The notes: a model not told the origin generated them from the sequence alone. Positions 1 to 13,972 are shown, numbered from the whole stretch's first letter. The stretch: DNA of 63,996 nt, filler included, from Basidiobolus ranarum (GCA_040143965.1; 5 parts of 5 records of this genome joined end to end with filler, not necessarily neighbours in it); one strand, 5' to 3'. Made by a program: numbers and translations.

Positions 1-262
1 TTTCACTTGTTGATTTATTGAGTATTCAGTTGACATTTATAGTTTTGTCAAGATGTAAACAAACTAACGTGTAGAATGTGTTAAGGAAGGTCCCAGGAAC
101 ATGTGTGCAAAATTTGGGGCTTCTTTGAAAAATCTATATATCTGAGAACTTCTAAGTAAACTCCTCATGAGAATAATGGATAATATCTTAGCTCAATATA
201 AGATAACTAAGTACTAAGCTATATATGACTATATAGGTGTTTAGGCAAAGCTAATTTCAACA
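1..262 (-). repeat. Copia-family LTR, truncated by the window start
   Basis: Aligns by eye to the LTR copy at 25280-25571; ends GCTAATTTCAACA, the reverse complement of the LTR start TGTTGAAATTAGC. Confidence 0.85.
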
Positions 263-1025
263 GGATATATGTTCCAATCTTCAGCTAAGAGTTAGCTATA
301 TCACACTTGTATTTCCGGTGGAAATATAGAAAGAAACTTTGAGGTTGTGTTCAGAGCATCTGTGAGAGTAAAGTGGGTTATCTTGGGGGTCAATTTAGAT
401 GACTTCAAAACTTCAAGTGCTTTTTTTTAGGTCAATAAATAATTATCTATCAAGTCAATAACACTCCATTCTCAAAACATCTTCCATAAACTTCGGATTT
501 TCTCAATAGCAAGTAGTAACGCAAATATGTCATGTCTCTTACAAATTATCAAATATCAAATGCTTAAATACCAATCACGTGTCTATCAGTAAGAAGAGGT
601 TATTCAGTATATCCAACGCATGCTAGAGACATTTATATAAGACTGGTCTCAAATATGTGACCATCAAATGTTGACTTCATTTACTTTTGGTCCCGATTTC
701 AAAGATTTTGATGCAAACTCGATTTATCCTGCAATATGGTATATAACCTATCAAGCTATGAAAGATACTCTCTTGAATAAATCCTAGACCGATGAATATT
801 TCTATTAACTAGAGAAACTGAACAAGTCTCAAGAAATTTTTCTTCATGAATATGCTCTAGATAATAAGAATCTTAGTTGAGAACTTATTTTAGGAGTATC
901 TCCAACATATGAATGGCTGATAAACATCAACTTTGTTATCTATAAAATATGTAATAGCTGTCAGTATGGAAATCTACTATATAAAACTTGTCAAAAAATT
1001 GGATCTCATGTAACATGGTATTGGG

Positions 1026-1062
1026 TGTTGACATTAGCATTGTCTAAACACCTATATAGTCA
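1026..1062 (+). repeat. Short 5' fragment of the same LTR
   Basis: TGTTGACATTAGCATTGTCTAAACACCTATATAGTCA matches the LTR start TGTTGAAATTAGCATTGCCTAAACACCTATATAGT. Confidence 0.7.
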
Positions 1063-2540
1063 CAAAATGCTGCGCTTACAACTAATTCACTGATTGTAAT
1101 GAATAAGCAAGAGTTGTGGAATCACCTTAATATTAACGACTGTAATTTGGGCTCTGATTAAACTGTGTGCTAAATGTGAGGTTGAATCATGAAGTGAATG
1201 CAGAGGTATTGTCATTTCAAAAATGCATGCAAAAGAGTGAATCGGATATGAGTGCTAGTGTGCCACAGTTACACTATCAAGTAAGCTGTTCCATGGCTCA
1301 GCTGTTATAAGTTCTGGATATTTTCGCCACTATTTAGTGTTAATACCAACATATTGATAATTCTTGTATACTCAACTATGCCTGGTATTGTGGTATCCTG
1401 AAGTCAAGACCAGCAGATTAACAAGTATGATCACCCAAAAGAGTCTGGGAGTACTTAATCTGCAAAATCTTGTGGTACTCTGGAGAAACCGTGAATCAGA
1501 GATTATAATCCCGGTAACCCCCACACTAGTTGTGGATTTGAATTGATTTATATCACTTGTACAGATGGAGACGCGACTAGTGAAAATTAACTAATAGTCA
1601 ATTCAAGTAACTTCCTAAACCACAACCTTCGAAGAATGCTTACTGCTTCTAAAAGAAACGTACAACCTGCTTTAACTAAATCCTTGCTTAAATCATACTA
1701 GAATCTCGCTCTACGACTAGGAAAAGAAAATATTCAACTTGGTAGCCAACATTTACACTAATATTTCAGCATCGGCAACTAAACAGATGCAAGCGTCCTA
1801 TTTGAGTAGATAATATGGGTTTTTTCTGCTGCGACACCGCAGCACAAAGTGTGATAACAAAAAATACCAAAATGAGAATGCTACAAAAAAAACTACAGTC
1901 CCAAATATACCTGAACATTACAGGTGCTGATCTAATCTACCATACTAATTTCGGTCATGCACTAATGCAAATAATCATAACCCTCGCCAAAAATCTATGG
2001 TTTTCACCTCGCTGATCCGCCAATCAATGATGCACTTGATCACATTTTGACAGTCTTACGAATGTAATCGGCGACACTTAAATTTAAGTCGTTCTAATTG
2101 GCTGACCTGAATGCTTAATCTTCCTCCAATGCCCTATCTGCAGTCCGATCGAATCGGAAATGACAGCACTAGGAATATTTTGCCCACAAACTCATACGTC
2201 AATCGAGAAATTCCGAACGACCATTGGCTATTCGGCGGATGTTGGAGTTCAATGGGTTTTAGTATGTAGATTTATATACCTGAACGTGAAAGGTCTAATA
2301 ATCCACGGATTAATTGAAACATTTGAATTCCGAGTTATAATACGAATCCCCTTTGGAGTTTTCTTTCTATCGTAAACCTCCAAGCCTTGTGTATTTGGAA
2401 CTAGCAGTTTTTGATTTTGTTTGAACCAGAGTTTTACTTCTAAACTAGCTGGTTTGGTATTCTTTTGTACTTGGTTTGTTAAATTAAAAGTATATTGGTT
2501 ATTTCTTGGTTTTTCTACTGCTGGCCCCATCGTTCACTAT

Positions 2541-4221
2541 ATGTTCGCAGTCCTAAGGACTAATTTGAGTATCGCATCTAAATGTTGGATCAAAGCCCCA
2601 GGCCAAAACACGGGTCTCTTTATTCAGTCTTACTTTAAATCTGAGCGAAGTGCATGTTGCTCTTTTCGTCTATTTTACTCGTTCGATCGTTCATGGAGGC
2701 CTTCTCAATCGCAATTGGATCACCTTATATCCTCACAAAAGCAACGTTCAGCTAATTACACTCGCCCTGACACCTCTTTCTTCTCCTCTAAAACTACCTA
2801 TAGACGAGTCCTGCCCGTTAGGCCTATACCTAATGCCAACAGTAACAACCAAGCCAATGAGTTGAAATTGAAATGTAAAATATTCTCTATTATCAATTCC
2901 TGTTGATGATTTTTTTACTTATCTTCTTCGTATCAAAGGTACAGAGTTCGATCATAGGGGAAACGTCAAAATCACCGCAGGTGAATTTTCAAAGTTGGAA
3001 CTATGCACCCAGGTATATTATACTTAAAAGATATTGATTGATTCGTTTAACTAAACTTCTCTATCGAAATTTACGTAGCATGGATTGCAGGTATGTGTTT
3101 AAAGTTTGATTTCAATCAAGTGTGTCTCAGATACTAACGAACCATTGAATCTTTGATTTTCATCGAAAGGCGCGCGATCTCAGAAAGGTAAAGCTCTTGA
3201 TTGATTTTGACTGAAAGTGATAATTCTAACAATATCCACATGTGAACACCGAAGATTGATAGTAATTTCGTCAATCAAATGCCAGCTATCTTAGTTCGTA
3301 AAGAAGCTATTCTGGTTCATCTTGCACATATCCGAGCGCTAATCAAGGCAGATGCGGTGGTTTTGTTCGATTCATATGGGTCTAGCGACAGCTACAACCA
3401 GTCCATCTTTGTTTATGACCTCCAAGAGAGATTAAGTACTCACGGTAGCAAGGATCACCAGCTCGCTTTCGAATTCAGGTATATTCCTTCACAATTTACT
3501 TTTAAGGAGTCTTTGTTGATTTTATCTTCATTCACAGAGCATTGGAAGCTATTATGATCAGTGTTATCAGTTCTTTACAGAGTGAGATGGAAGTACTCGT
3601 TAGCTTGGTTACCAACTTGCTTTCATATCTGGAGGAGTCCATCGATAGAGACAAACTTAAAGAGCTTTTGCAATATTCTAAACGACTTTCCAAATTTGAG
3701 CAACGCACCCTGAACATTAGAGATGCTATTTTAGAAGTATTAGAGCAAGGTATATAAATGGTTATTTGATGTGTTGTTTTCCACTTGGACTCAGTGTTAT
3801 TTTCTTAGATGAGGATTTGGAGGCCATGTACTTGACAGCAAAGAAGGAAGGACGTGGAAATCTTGCATCACAAAGCGATGATGTCGAACTTTTATTAGAA
3901 ACATATCTTAAACAAGTGGAAGAGATAGCAAATACAGTTGCTGCAGTAAGCGCTAACACCAAAACCACCGAAGACATTGTTAACATCATTCTAGATTCTC
4001 AGCGGAATAATTTACTTTTACTTGAACTTAAAATCACTATGGGAATGCTTGGGTTGAGTGCTGGTTCATTTGTAGCCTGCTTGTTTGGTATGAACTTGAC
4101 TTCATATTACGAACAACACCCGTTCGCCTTTCCCGTAGTTGCTGGATTCTCTTCAGTCCTGGCTGTGGGTGTGTTTGCTGTGGCACTTAGAAAAATGCGA
4201 GTAGTTGCCCATCAAATATAG
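2541..4221 (+). CDS. MRS2: Mitochondrial CorA-family Mg2+ transporter (MRS2/LPE10-like), multi-exon
   Basis: Spliced peptide LCTQ-HGLQ-ARDLRK-IDSNF, 'ILDSQRNNLL', GMN signature (LFGMNL) between two C-terminal TM helices; N-terminus resembles a mitochondrial presequence. Confidence 0.9.
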
Positions 4222-4794
4222 AATATTGTTCTGGAGTCATCGTATTTATTGTATACGCTTCCAGCATACATATCAAAATTTACAAACAATGCTGTCTGAT
4301 AGTCACAGTTCTCAACCAATTCTTCATGATTAACTTTCATTGTTTTACATATTCCCTTCGAGGTCTTTTTGTTTGATTTAAAAATCGATCATTCATACTC
4401 ACATCCAGTCATATGTAGTCGATTTACTGTATGTATTTACAATCACTTGGTTCCCGTCATCCATTGATATAAAGTTATATGCCTTCAATCTTCTTAGAAT
4501 CATATTATAATTTTTAGAGATCTTTATTGAACATACATATATCAATATACAAGTTTTCTGATACTAGTATAAACAAGTCGGTTTAAGTTAGAACTTGGTA
4601 TAAACTCCTACACTCAGGGGTAAATTAGGAATCAACTACATTTTGTATGTTCACATGAAATATCAATTTCTGGTATTTGAACAAAGAGTCTTTGCACATA
4701 CTCTATAGCGTTTCCGGATTGTGCCCGGTTATTTCAACAAATTTAAATACTCGAGGTTTCGACGGCAGGTAAGAAATAATCCTTGACAGAAATC

Positions 4795-5593
4795 ATGAAC
4801 TCAAATCACCAACTTTCACATAATCTACTTGACGAAACTCTGCCTGCCGAAGCCCCTCCTCCTTATACGCGTTATCCAGAACATCATGAGGTAGCACTCT
4901 CTCGAGATATACATTCACATGCGCCATTTGGAGACTCATCTCATTACCATTCTAATTCTCAGCCTCAACGTGCTCCTCCAAACTCTAATCCATTAAATGG
5001 TCATGCAGTACTGCCTACATCGCCCTACAACCCAGGGCAAAGCTCCAACTCACAAACCTTGTTGTTTAGACCTCGCGTAGACACAGGTAATAAATATACT
5101 ATCCCAATTCATGATACAAATGTGGCAGTTACAGCTCCTACAGCACCAATATCTATACAACAATACTCGTCTGCTTGGACAGTACTACCACAGCTCCCTT
5201 CCCTTGGATATCATCATTCTCAACCTGGAGGCAATGTGGCTCCACAATCCAATCCGCCCCCGGATTTTGGCTTTATTTGTGGAAGTTGTGGGAACCGTGG
5301 ATGGAGACGAGTTGGAAAACTCTGTTCACATTGTCCATATGGCCAACAGTGGAGTCGTGCCGGAATATATCCAGTTGGAAATCCAAATACTTCTACAGTG
5401 TCAGTTGGCCGCCAATGTTACAAATGCAAAGGTAATTATTCTACGGATTTATATACCAATATGAGGACACAGTAACTAATAATCTTTAGGTCAGGGTAAT
5501 ACTCTTCCCATTCAAATTCCTATATTATCCATGTTGGCAAACTCCTTCACATCTACCGTGTGCTCAGCTTGTCGGGGAAAAGGATCTCTCTGA
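4795..5593 (+). CDS. HUA1-like proline-rich protein with PPPY motif and DnaJ-type zinc finger; intron 5432-5489
   Basis: PPPY near N-terminus; four CxxC pairs (CGSC, CSHC, CYKCKG, CSACRGKG) after splicing. Confidence 0.7.
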
Positions 5594-6192
5594 AATTACT
5601 CATATCTTGGCATTCGAAATCTAACATCTTTCTCATTTGAAAATTGAATTCTAATAAACCTTAATGAACAATAATAATGACATCACAAATATAGTCAACA
5701 TGATTTAGAGTGCAGCACGTTTGGTTTAACCGTTCTAAAGTAACTGGCATATAATAATTTATAATATGGTTGTACATACTTCATATATTCTCAGGGTTAT
5801 TGTAATACACTATCCCGGTGGTTGATTTGATACTCCGTACTTGGCAATAAAACCACTCGTTGGTGCTAAACTCTTGGCAGTATCTTCTGAGATTTTGAAT
5901 GCGAATTATTTGTTCAGCAATTTTAAAATGAACATGGATTCGTACGATTCAACACTTATTGACTAGTCAATTATTTGTGGATGACTACGAAATATCATTC
6001 ATCGTTTAACCTGGGGCGATTTATGGCTTTTAATGTTTAAACTGAAATGAAGAATGGGTATGTTTCAAGTACAATATTGGGTATTGGAATAATCTATTAT
6101 ACTGAGTGATGATGCGTGCTTTCTTCTGGATCAGTCCCGGGGTGTATAGATGAGGGATACTGACTTATCTGTACATGCGTGTCTGACTGGAT

Positions 6193-7704
6193 TCAATTAG
6201 AAGTTACGGCATGCTTCAATTCATTGTCAGAGCTACCACAGCCGCAGGAGCTTTGTTCAAGTTTAGGAGGTTTGGGGATGAGACCTATGAGATGAGGTTA
6301 ATTAAAGGGATCTTAAAGTGAGAGATAAGTACAGAAGCTTACCTAAAGTTTGGAACATAAGTTGATCATCGGTAAATTCATTATTGGGAGTGGTCAATAG
6401 TTTATCTCCAGTGATTATAGAATTGGCACCAGCAAAGAAACAGAGAGCCTGTTCAGGCTGGGAAAAGCGAACTCTACCAGCTGATAAGCGAACCATTGAC
6501 TTGGGCATAACGATACGAGCAGTGGAGATCATCCTTACCATATCCCAAACTTTGACAGGCTAGGAAAAGATATGTCAGAGGATGAAAGCCAAATTAAATA
6601 GCGAAAAGCCATACCTCTTGATTTTCTAAAGGAGTTCCCTTAACAGCCAGGAGGGCATTAACAGGGACACTCTCAGGATGGGCAGGAAGAGTGGCTAAGG
6701 TGGTGAGCAGCCCAACTCTATCATCTTCCGATTCACCGAGACCGATAATTCCACCAGAGCAAACGGAAATACCTGCCTCACGAGCTCGAGCAATGGTTTC
6801 AAGTCGCTCGTCGTAGCTACGAGTAGTGATGATCTGTTTAAGGATATTCAGTTTAGATTTTCAATCTTAAGAATGTCCATATATCTCTGGTATACCTTGG
6901 AATAATATTCTCTTGAGGTATCAAGGTTGTGATTGTAGGCAGTGAGACCAGCATTTTTCAATGCTTTCGCTTGAGATTCATCCAACATACCCAGAGTACA
7001 GCAAACTTCCATACCCATTCCTCTGAATAGATTAAACTACAATTAGAATGGTTTACAACTATTATGAATAAATATTTACAAACCTAATTTCTGTCACATA
7101 GTCCAATATATTTTTGAAGTTGGTCTTCTTACCACCAACTTCTCTCCAAGCGGCACCCATACAAAAGCGAGTACTTCCAGCCACCTTAGCTTTACGAGCA
7201 GCATCTAACACAATATCTCGCTCTAATAACTTCGAAGCCTCAACCTCAGTGCTGTGACGAGAAGACTGTGGGCAATAAGCGCAATCTTCACTACACCCAC
7301 CAGTCTTGATACTCAGCAATGTACATTGTTGAACTTCAAGAGGATTGAAGTTCTCACGGTGCACTTTGGCCTAAATAGGTGAATATAAGATATTAGTAGA
7401 ATATTTAAAGTAGTAGCGTAGCTGTGGAAATACTTGCCGCATTAAAGAGAAGGTCTAAGAAAGGAGAGTCATAAATAGATTGGATTTCCTCCCTAGTCCA
7501 GTCGTTACGGAGTGGACCACTAGAATGAATAGCTGCTGCTGAAAGGCCATTCTGTTGTTGCTGTTGCTTTACTGTCTCGGGTTCAATTGTAGCAAAACCT
7601 CTAGAAGCGGAATTTGACAAAGCACGAGCAGACATACCTCTGCCAGCAAATAAGGTACATTGAGCAGGTCTAGCCAACAAGCGAAGAGCAGTGAGAGATT
7701 GCAT
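6193..7704 (-). CDS. BIO2: Biotin synthase (radical SAM), multi-exon, mitochondrial presequence
   Basis: [14 protein letters not shown] radical-SAM motif; [45 protein letters not shown]. Confidence 0.97.
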
Positions 7705-10700
7705 TATATCAACAGGCTTGTGTAGAAAACTAGCGAAGAGGAATCAAAGGGAAATAGCAATGTTTGCGAGCAACATTGCAACGTATATGTACAAATAGTG
7801 CAAAGCCTCTGAGATCCAGAGGTATCGAACTCGTGTGGCACCTTCATACATATGATTGGCGGTATCCCGAAATTTAGTGGGGATTCTAACTCTGGGAGTT
7901 AAAAGATCTCGGAATTGTAAATCGTGGTTTATTTGATATAGAAGCAAATGCGATGTTTTCATGGGGAAAATTCTATACTTACTGTTCAGAAAAGAATAGA
8001 TGTGCTTGATTGTTACAACCTGTTCTCAAAGCTTGCATCACTAGCAAATACCCAATGGGATTTGTATTAAAATATTCTCACCTTCGCAAAGCAACATACC
8101 CCCTTCATGACGCAAGAGATGACCAATACACTGGCCATATGATGAGTCAGCGACATATATATAAAGCGGAAGTCCAGCAGCCACTCGTGAAGAAAGTAAT
8201 TAATCGCTGTAATCGACTAGCTTTTTCCCACAATCAGATGCTGGTTGTAACGTAATACATGCCTAAGCTGGTGTATTTATCTTTATTCCTGTAAAACAAT
8301 CTTTGAATTTCCGAAGTTCTCAACAGCTTCGTTGTACGAAACTGCCTCTAACCCATCCCGAATTTAATGGTTGTTTGTGGTGCTGGATAAATAACCTGTA
8401 TCGAATACTAGAGAGTACCAATTCAAGTGGCCTGTATCTAACCCAAATCAGGCTAAGTTTAATGCCACTTAGCATATATCCAAGATTAATCCAAACAACC
8501 AAGCAGTCTAAATCATTACATAAAAAGTGTCGTAAAGTAAAGGAATCCTAGATACTGGCTAAGATCCAATTACTACTGCTAGAGCTCGTGAAAAGGGCCA
8601 TCATTTCTAGGTATATGTCCATGCACCCTAAAATCAATTATGTCAAATTTCAATATTAATATTTAGCATATTTGTTACATCGTGATTGTCAGCCAAGTGG
8701 CCAAGTATGGTGTGATGGGGTTAACTTGTTTAGCTTCAATTTAGATGGCTTTTGCGAGACATGATTTGGTTTAGGTAAACACCGCTATTCTTGGATAAAT
8801 GGCGAATGATAAACAAACCCAACAAGCCATATCATCAACTCCTAATTGTCCAATTGTTTTTCGTAGAAGATGAGGATTCATGTTGTAATCACTATATAAA
8901 TCTGAAATCCATAAGGCTTTTCCAGAGATATATGAATTTTCATCAGTCCCATAATACCTAGTCGTATATCTCCACTTGCTTCTTGAGGAAACAAATGGGT
9001 ATAAGTTGTATTAGTAGTAGTGACATCCTGTTGCAGAATTATTTTCGACAAACGTACTAAAGGAAATCAACGCAACTTGAAGAATATGCTATCCGCCAGA
9101 GTGAACTAGGTTTTGGTTTAAGGTAGAGTATTCTCTATTTCAGAAGTATGGTGAATGTTCTAGAGATATAAGTGGATAATCAAACATCCAACTACCATAT
9201 TTCTTATACAGAGGCGACATTTTTAATTCACATTGAGTGCAAAGGTACTTGGATCAAAAAATTTCTGAAAAAGTGACCTTCTCAGAGTATTTCGAAGATG
9301 TGTCCTGTACATTAATACCGTTTCTAACTTGTCAAATATAAGGTTATGCACATTAAATAGATAGTTCAATCATTCATCATTGATGAACCATTCTACCCTT
9401 TAGTATGTGATGTATTGATATGCCAATTTTATTGAAAGTCAGAGCTCACTACATTCAGTTTCACTGACATCTTAGGAGATAGAGAATTATCCTTGATGTG
9501 GATTAATTACTGTCAAGTACTCTACGTTAGTAACAATCAAGATCATTACAAACTACTGTACTAACAACAGGACTAAGGTGAATCCAAGTTCTAGTCAGCA
9601 ATGTATAATATTTTACTTGAGTGATTTAATAGACTACAAATATGGCCTTTAGATATGGATAGTAATGACTGTATGGATACCCTACTAGAATTGGTAAAAG
9701 TAGCTAGAATCCACCCATCTTCTAGGAAATCTTTTGAGCCACGGAGTTAGATTTTTGTTTGTACCAAACGGACAATTGTGCTATATGCCATAACCATGAC
9801 ATAATGAAGTGGCTGTTAAATTGTAAGGGAAATCCATGAAATCCCAACTGTGATTTCTACAGCGCTTTGGTTGGCGGTGAAACGTTTTAGTAATAATTAG
9901 AACATTTTTGGAATACCAGGGAAGTTGGCCCTTATCGGGTCCGAATTCGATAATTCAGTACATAATATCGCCTTTTGAGTGTAGGCCAGTAAAAGGAAGC
10001 TACAAATCTAGAATATACCGTAAGTTGCTCAAAACCGATAATCTGTATCAAACTCGGAAATTCAAAATAAAGGATTTACAGTATGTGCAAATTTTCCAAA
10101 TTTTCCAGAAAAAGGATTGGCATCTTGTTTGATTGTCAAGAATAATTCTAGTTAAAATTTTCCGTTGCTAGTTGAGGAAATCATGGACATTCAGTGGACT
10201 TCATTGGTTGCTGTGCTGTATGTCTAAATGAATTTTCAAAGGTCACACTTACTCTTAAATGTTCCAATCGAACTCTATGGGTATTATAAAAAAGCTTTCC
10301 TTAAGCGCCAGCTGAGTTTGATAATGGTAGCTGTAAACAATAAGAGATTCTACTAGGCTGACGTATTCCCATATATGACATCAAGACTGCTTGTGGCCTG
10401 GTAGTACATACTGTGGTGTTTGCGATCTTTCGAATGTTGATCATCAGCAGGCATCATCAAAGTACAGATGAGATATCTAGACTATCTTGTGTATTCGATA
10501 TCGTCATTCTGAATGAAAACCCTGTAGCTGAAACGTGGCTTTTTTATGACTGAAGTGAGCATCTTGTCTCAAAATGGAGCTAGAGAAAGTGTCGGAGCAA
10601 TAAGATTTTTTCTAGTGCCTTGGTTTATTTGCTTTTTTATATACACTTGTTAACTTGTGTTAATGTTTTTTTCTAATTGTTTGGTGATATACTATATGTC

Positions 10701-10786
10701 AAATAAAGGAAATCGTATTGTGCTATGGTACAGGTTGGGTCGAATATAAACTATCAATCTATATGTATGTCATATAAAAAATCAAG

Positions 10787-11782
10787 TTACTCTATCAGTG
10801 GATAGGTGGAAACTGAGTTTGGGGTCGATCCCATAATAGGTGAAGAGACGAGTAAAACATTGGGATCATTGATCATCAGCCTTGGACGACTCTGGCTTGG
10901 GTACACATTGCTTGAGGGCAATAAGGAGACGGAAGTTTGTATCAGAGAAGGGGCAGGTCGGAGACGACTAAGAAGTGATGTTCTGCGTACTGATTGTTTA
11001 CTCATCATGGACCTGCTTTCCACCACAGGCTTATGAGACAAACTTACAGATCTGGGCTTGTTGCGACGAGATAAAAAGCTCTCTGTGAAATTAATCATTC
11101 TTGATTTACACTCATCTAGATACTGCTCATCATTCATTTCGATGTAGCTCTGAGGTACACAGAAACTTTTAGCTTGAGAGTAGAAATTTCGGTATCCACC
11201 GTCAAGGATATAAAGCTCGGGAAAGTATAGTTTAGGATATTCCATAGCATTCAACTCACGGTCACGGCTTCGTAAATGAAGTGCCATTCTAGGACCGCGT
11301 TTGGAAGAATATTCACAATGGAATACAACCACTGTACGCTTACTGAAATTGCAGTTTTCAAGTAATTGCTTCTCCATTTCATCTTTAGTACTAAGATTGA
11401 TGGCACCCTCTATGTGGCCACCTGCATATTCATAGGGAAAACGGCAATCAACAACAATAAGCTGGTCATAAGTGGATTTGAACTCGCCAGTTAACACACG
11501 CTGTAGGGTTTCTGGGCAAATCCGTTTTAATGTGTCCTCTTTACTATCGAAGCATGGTATCGTATTATACTGTCCGTGGACGTCAAGTGCTGCAAGCTTG
11601 TTATTATCGCTGAACAAAAATTCATCTCGACTTAAACACATGCTCTGTGTCTTACGTAACTTGTGAGGTGGCATCGGTATTGGTAAGTCGGACATCTCAC
11701 TGGATCGGCGGACTTTTGTAAGCAACATGATCAATGTGTGATAGAAATGATTAAGAACTCGATGAATGATAATTTCCTTCAA
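10787..11782 (-). CDS. MIH1: Cdc25/MIH1 M-phase inducer phosphatase (rhodanese fold); true start unresolved
   Basis: IVVDCRFPYEYAGGHIEGAINL; catalytic HCEYSSKRG; YFPELYILDGGY. Confidence 0.92.
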   Translation of the reverse strand: MKEIIIHRVLNHFYHTLIMLLTKVRRSSEMSDLPIPMPPHKLRKTQSMCLSRDEFLFSDNNKLAALDVHGQYNTIPCFDSKEDTLKRICPETLQRVLTGEFKSTYDQLIVVDCRFPYEYAGGHIEGAINLSTKDEMEKQLLENCNFSKRTVVVFHCEYSSKRGPRMALHLRSRDRELNAMEYPKLYFPELYILDGGYRNFYSQAKSFCVPQSYIEMNDEQYLDECKSRMINFTESFLSRRNKPRSVSLSHKPVVESRSMMSKQSVRRTSLLSRLRPAPSLIQTSVSLLPSSNVYPSQSRPRLMINDPNVLLVSSPIMGSTPNSVSTYPLIE

Positions 11783-13261
11783 GCTAGCCGTAAGCTTTGA
11801 TTTTATACTCCAACCGTAGATTCAGTTCTTTTTCCAGAAGCCAACCCTGTTTTAAGAACCCTTGTCGTCAGGGGGTGGATGATGACGATACTTGTATTGG
11901 AATGGAACTTAAAAACGATCTACAATTAAATCAATCGTAGTTTATAATTATAATATTCCTTCAGCTAAATTAATATCACCAGTTAGCGATGTGTGAACGT
12001 TCCTACGTTCCATTGACCTCACTTGGTTATTTATGGTCTGTGTACTGAGATAACACATAATTTGAATTGTTTTGTTAACTATAATTTTTGCAACGATAGA
12101 CCCTGAAAACTACCGAATGTTGAACAAATCGTCATAGCCTAAATGAAATACTGTAACTAACTTGACGTACAATGGGAAAAATAAATCGTTAGGCTAAGCC
12201 TTTCAGGGCTGTATTTTTTATGTAAAAACTTCTTGACAAATACCTAACAGAATAACCAGCGAAGTTATCACTCAAAGATTACGAGCTATTCGAAGCGTAG
12301 TTTGAATACTAAGGCTTCGACCACGACAGCTATCCGTACACAGAAATGTATGGTAAATTGTATTGAACCAGAAATAGCCTGGTTACCAGTCATCACTCTC
12401 TCTACCAATTATAATCTTATCTAAACCAAAGTTCGGAACTCCTAATTGGGTTGGTATATATAAACTTTGCTAGCAACGTTCGAGAACATATCAAATTAGC
12501 AAGCTTTATCATGGAGATCCGCTATATTATATTTCTATTGAATGCTACTCTACTCGCAGACCCTTTGTCTCAGGCTGTTTTCAATAATTTCCCAAATCAT
12601 TCTGAAGAATTAGGGCTCAATGGTATATATTCCTATAGGCCACACTGAAGTGTTTAAGATTCGATCAGTCATATCAATTGATTTGAATACACTTTATTCC
12701 CATTGTAAGATTTAATATTATGTGGGTATTTTTGAAACTATTCAGGGTTTTCTCCTCTAATCAGCGCCTATGCATAGAGTAGTGAAGCCCTCAATGCCAA
12801 GTTGTTTTACCCGTCACTGCACTTCAGTTTCACCGTAAAAATACGATTATTAAGGTCAGATGTGATACTGGTAACTGTGCTTTCTTATTCATCAATACCT
12901 GTGCTGCATTGCTTCGCTGAATTAAATGAGTTTTTTTAATATGGGCATTGTTTCCGAATCCCAGGAGATATTGCTAGGTACTTCATATGGCATATTTATA
13001 AGGCAAATCAGCCAATACACTTTCCATAGATACATTAAAACGCCTATACCTATAGTATGCTGGAAGAAGGTGTTTTGAATATTGGCGGAATGTCCTCTTT
13101 TAGGCATATTGTACAACTAGTTGTCCTGGTAACACAACGAAAGGAGAGAAACATTGTTATATTCTTCATAGCGTTGCCGATCTCATGTTTCTTACTATCA
13201 TATATTAATCGGATCTCTAGCGATTACAGAATGCATGATACCTAAACACACTCAGTTTGAT

Positions 13262-13361
13262 NNNNNNNNNNNNNNNNNNNNNNNNNNNNNNNNNNNNNNN
13301 NNNNNTTAATTAATTAANNNNNNNNNNNNNNNNNNNNNNNNNNNNNNNNNNNNNNNNNNNN
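13262..13361. other. Artificial contig-joining linker
   Basis: N44-TTAATTAATTAA-N44, stop codons in all six frames, identical at four positions. Confidence 0.98.
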
Positions 13362-13612
13362 TTTCTAAACCAAACTTTTCTCTTCTCGAAACTTTTTCGT
13401 CTTAACCTTAACTTGATCTAATTCCAAACCCTTAACACAAACCTTCTCGCTAATTAAACTTTTGTCTTCTCGGAGATTACGAAAAAATATATCTGAAATG
13501 CAGTAGTATCACTAACAGTGGTTTTGCGAATTTCTTTGACTATTCCTATTCGTACAACGACGAAGAATCTTGGCAGTCACATATTAGTACTAGCACTCCA
13601 AATGCCCAAGTA

Positions 13613-13972
13613 TGCCTGAACCTCAAGTCTATGGACATATCGTTCTGTAAAAATCTCAAAGGGAGACAAACCTCGTCGATTATTGTAGATTCTTCTCCAT
13701 CATTAACTCATCTCAACATTGCTGGATGTTTTGATTTAGAAGAAGGACCCGCAGCCTTAACCACTCTAGCTAAGGGTCTGACACATCTTGTTCATTTAGA
13801 CATGTCATCAGTGAGTTGGCTTATCGACTCGATGCTTTTACTTTATATTGACTGGGAGACACAGCTCAAACATCTCAAAGTCCTTATCATCGACAATTGC
13901 ACTCGTGTCGACGGGCTATATATCCAAGAAAAGTTACGTGAAATTCGAGCGGATCTGAGTGTAAAGATATAG
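13613..13972 (+). CDS. C-terminal part of an RNI-like leucine-rich-repeat protein (F-box/LRR type); 5' end unresolved near contig edge
   Basis: Repeats LKSMDISFC, LTHLNIAGC, LVHLDMSSV, LKVLIIDNC. Confidence 0.7.
   Translation, partial: CLNLKSMDISFCKNLKGRQTSSIIVDSSPSLTHLNIAGCFDLEEGPAALTTLAKGLTHLVHLDMSSVSWLIDSMLLLYIDWETQLKHLKVLIIDNCTRVDGLYIQEKLREIRADLSVKI

Noticed and set aside
4769-4789. GTAAGA...TTGACAG intron-like segment just before the HUA1-like ATG
   Set aside because: Only 21 nt, far shorter than the other introns here (about 50 nt or more); no support without transcripts
8300-9100. Possible decayed retroelement in the BIO2-Cdc25 intergenic region
   Set aside because: No RT, integrase or transposase motif could be read convincingly
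13306-13317. Repeated TTAATTAATTAA motif as a biological repeat or CRISPR-like array
   Set aside because: Embedded in N runs; it is a synthetic six-frame-stop linker
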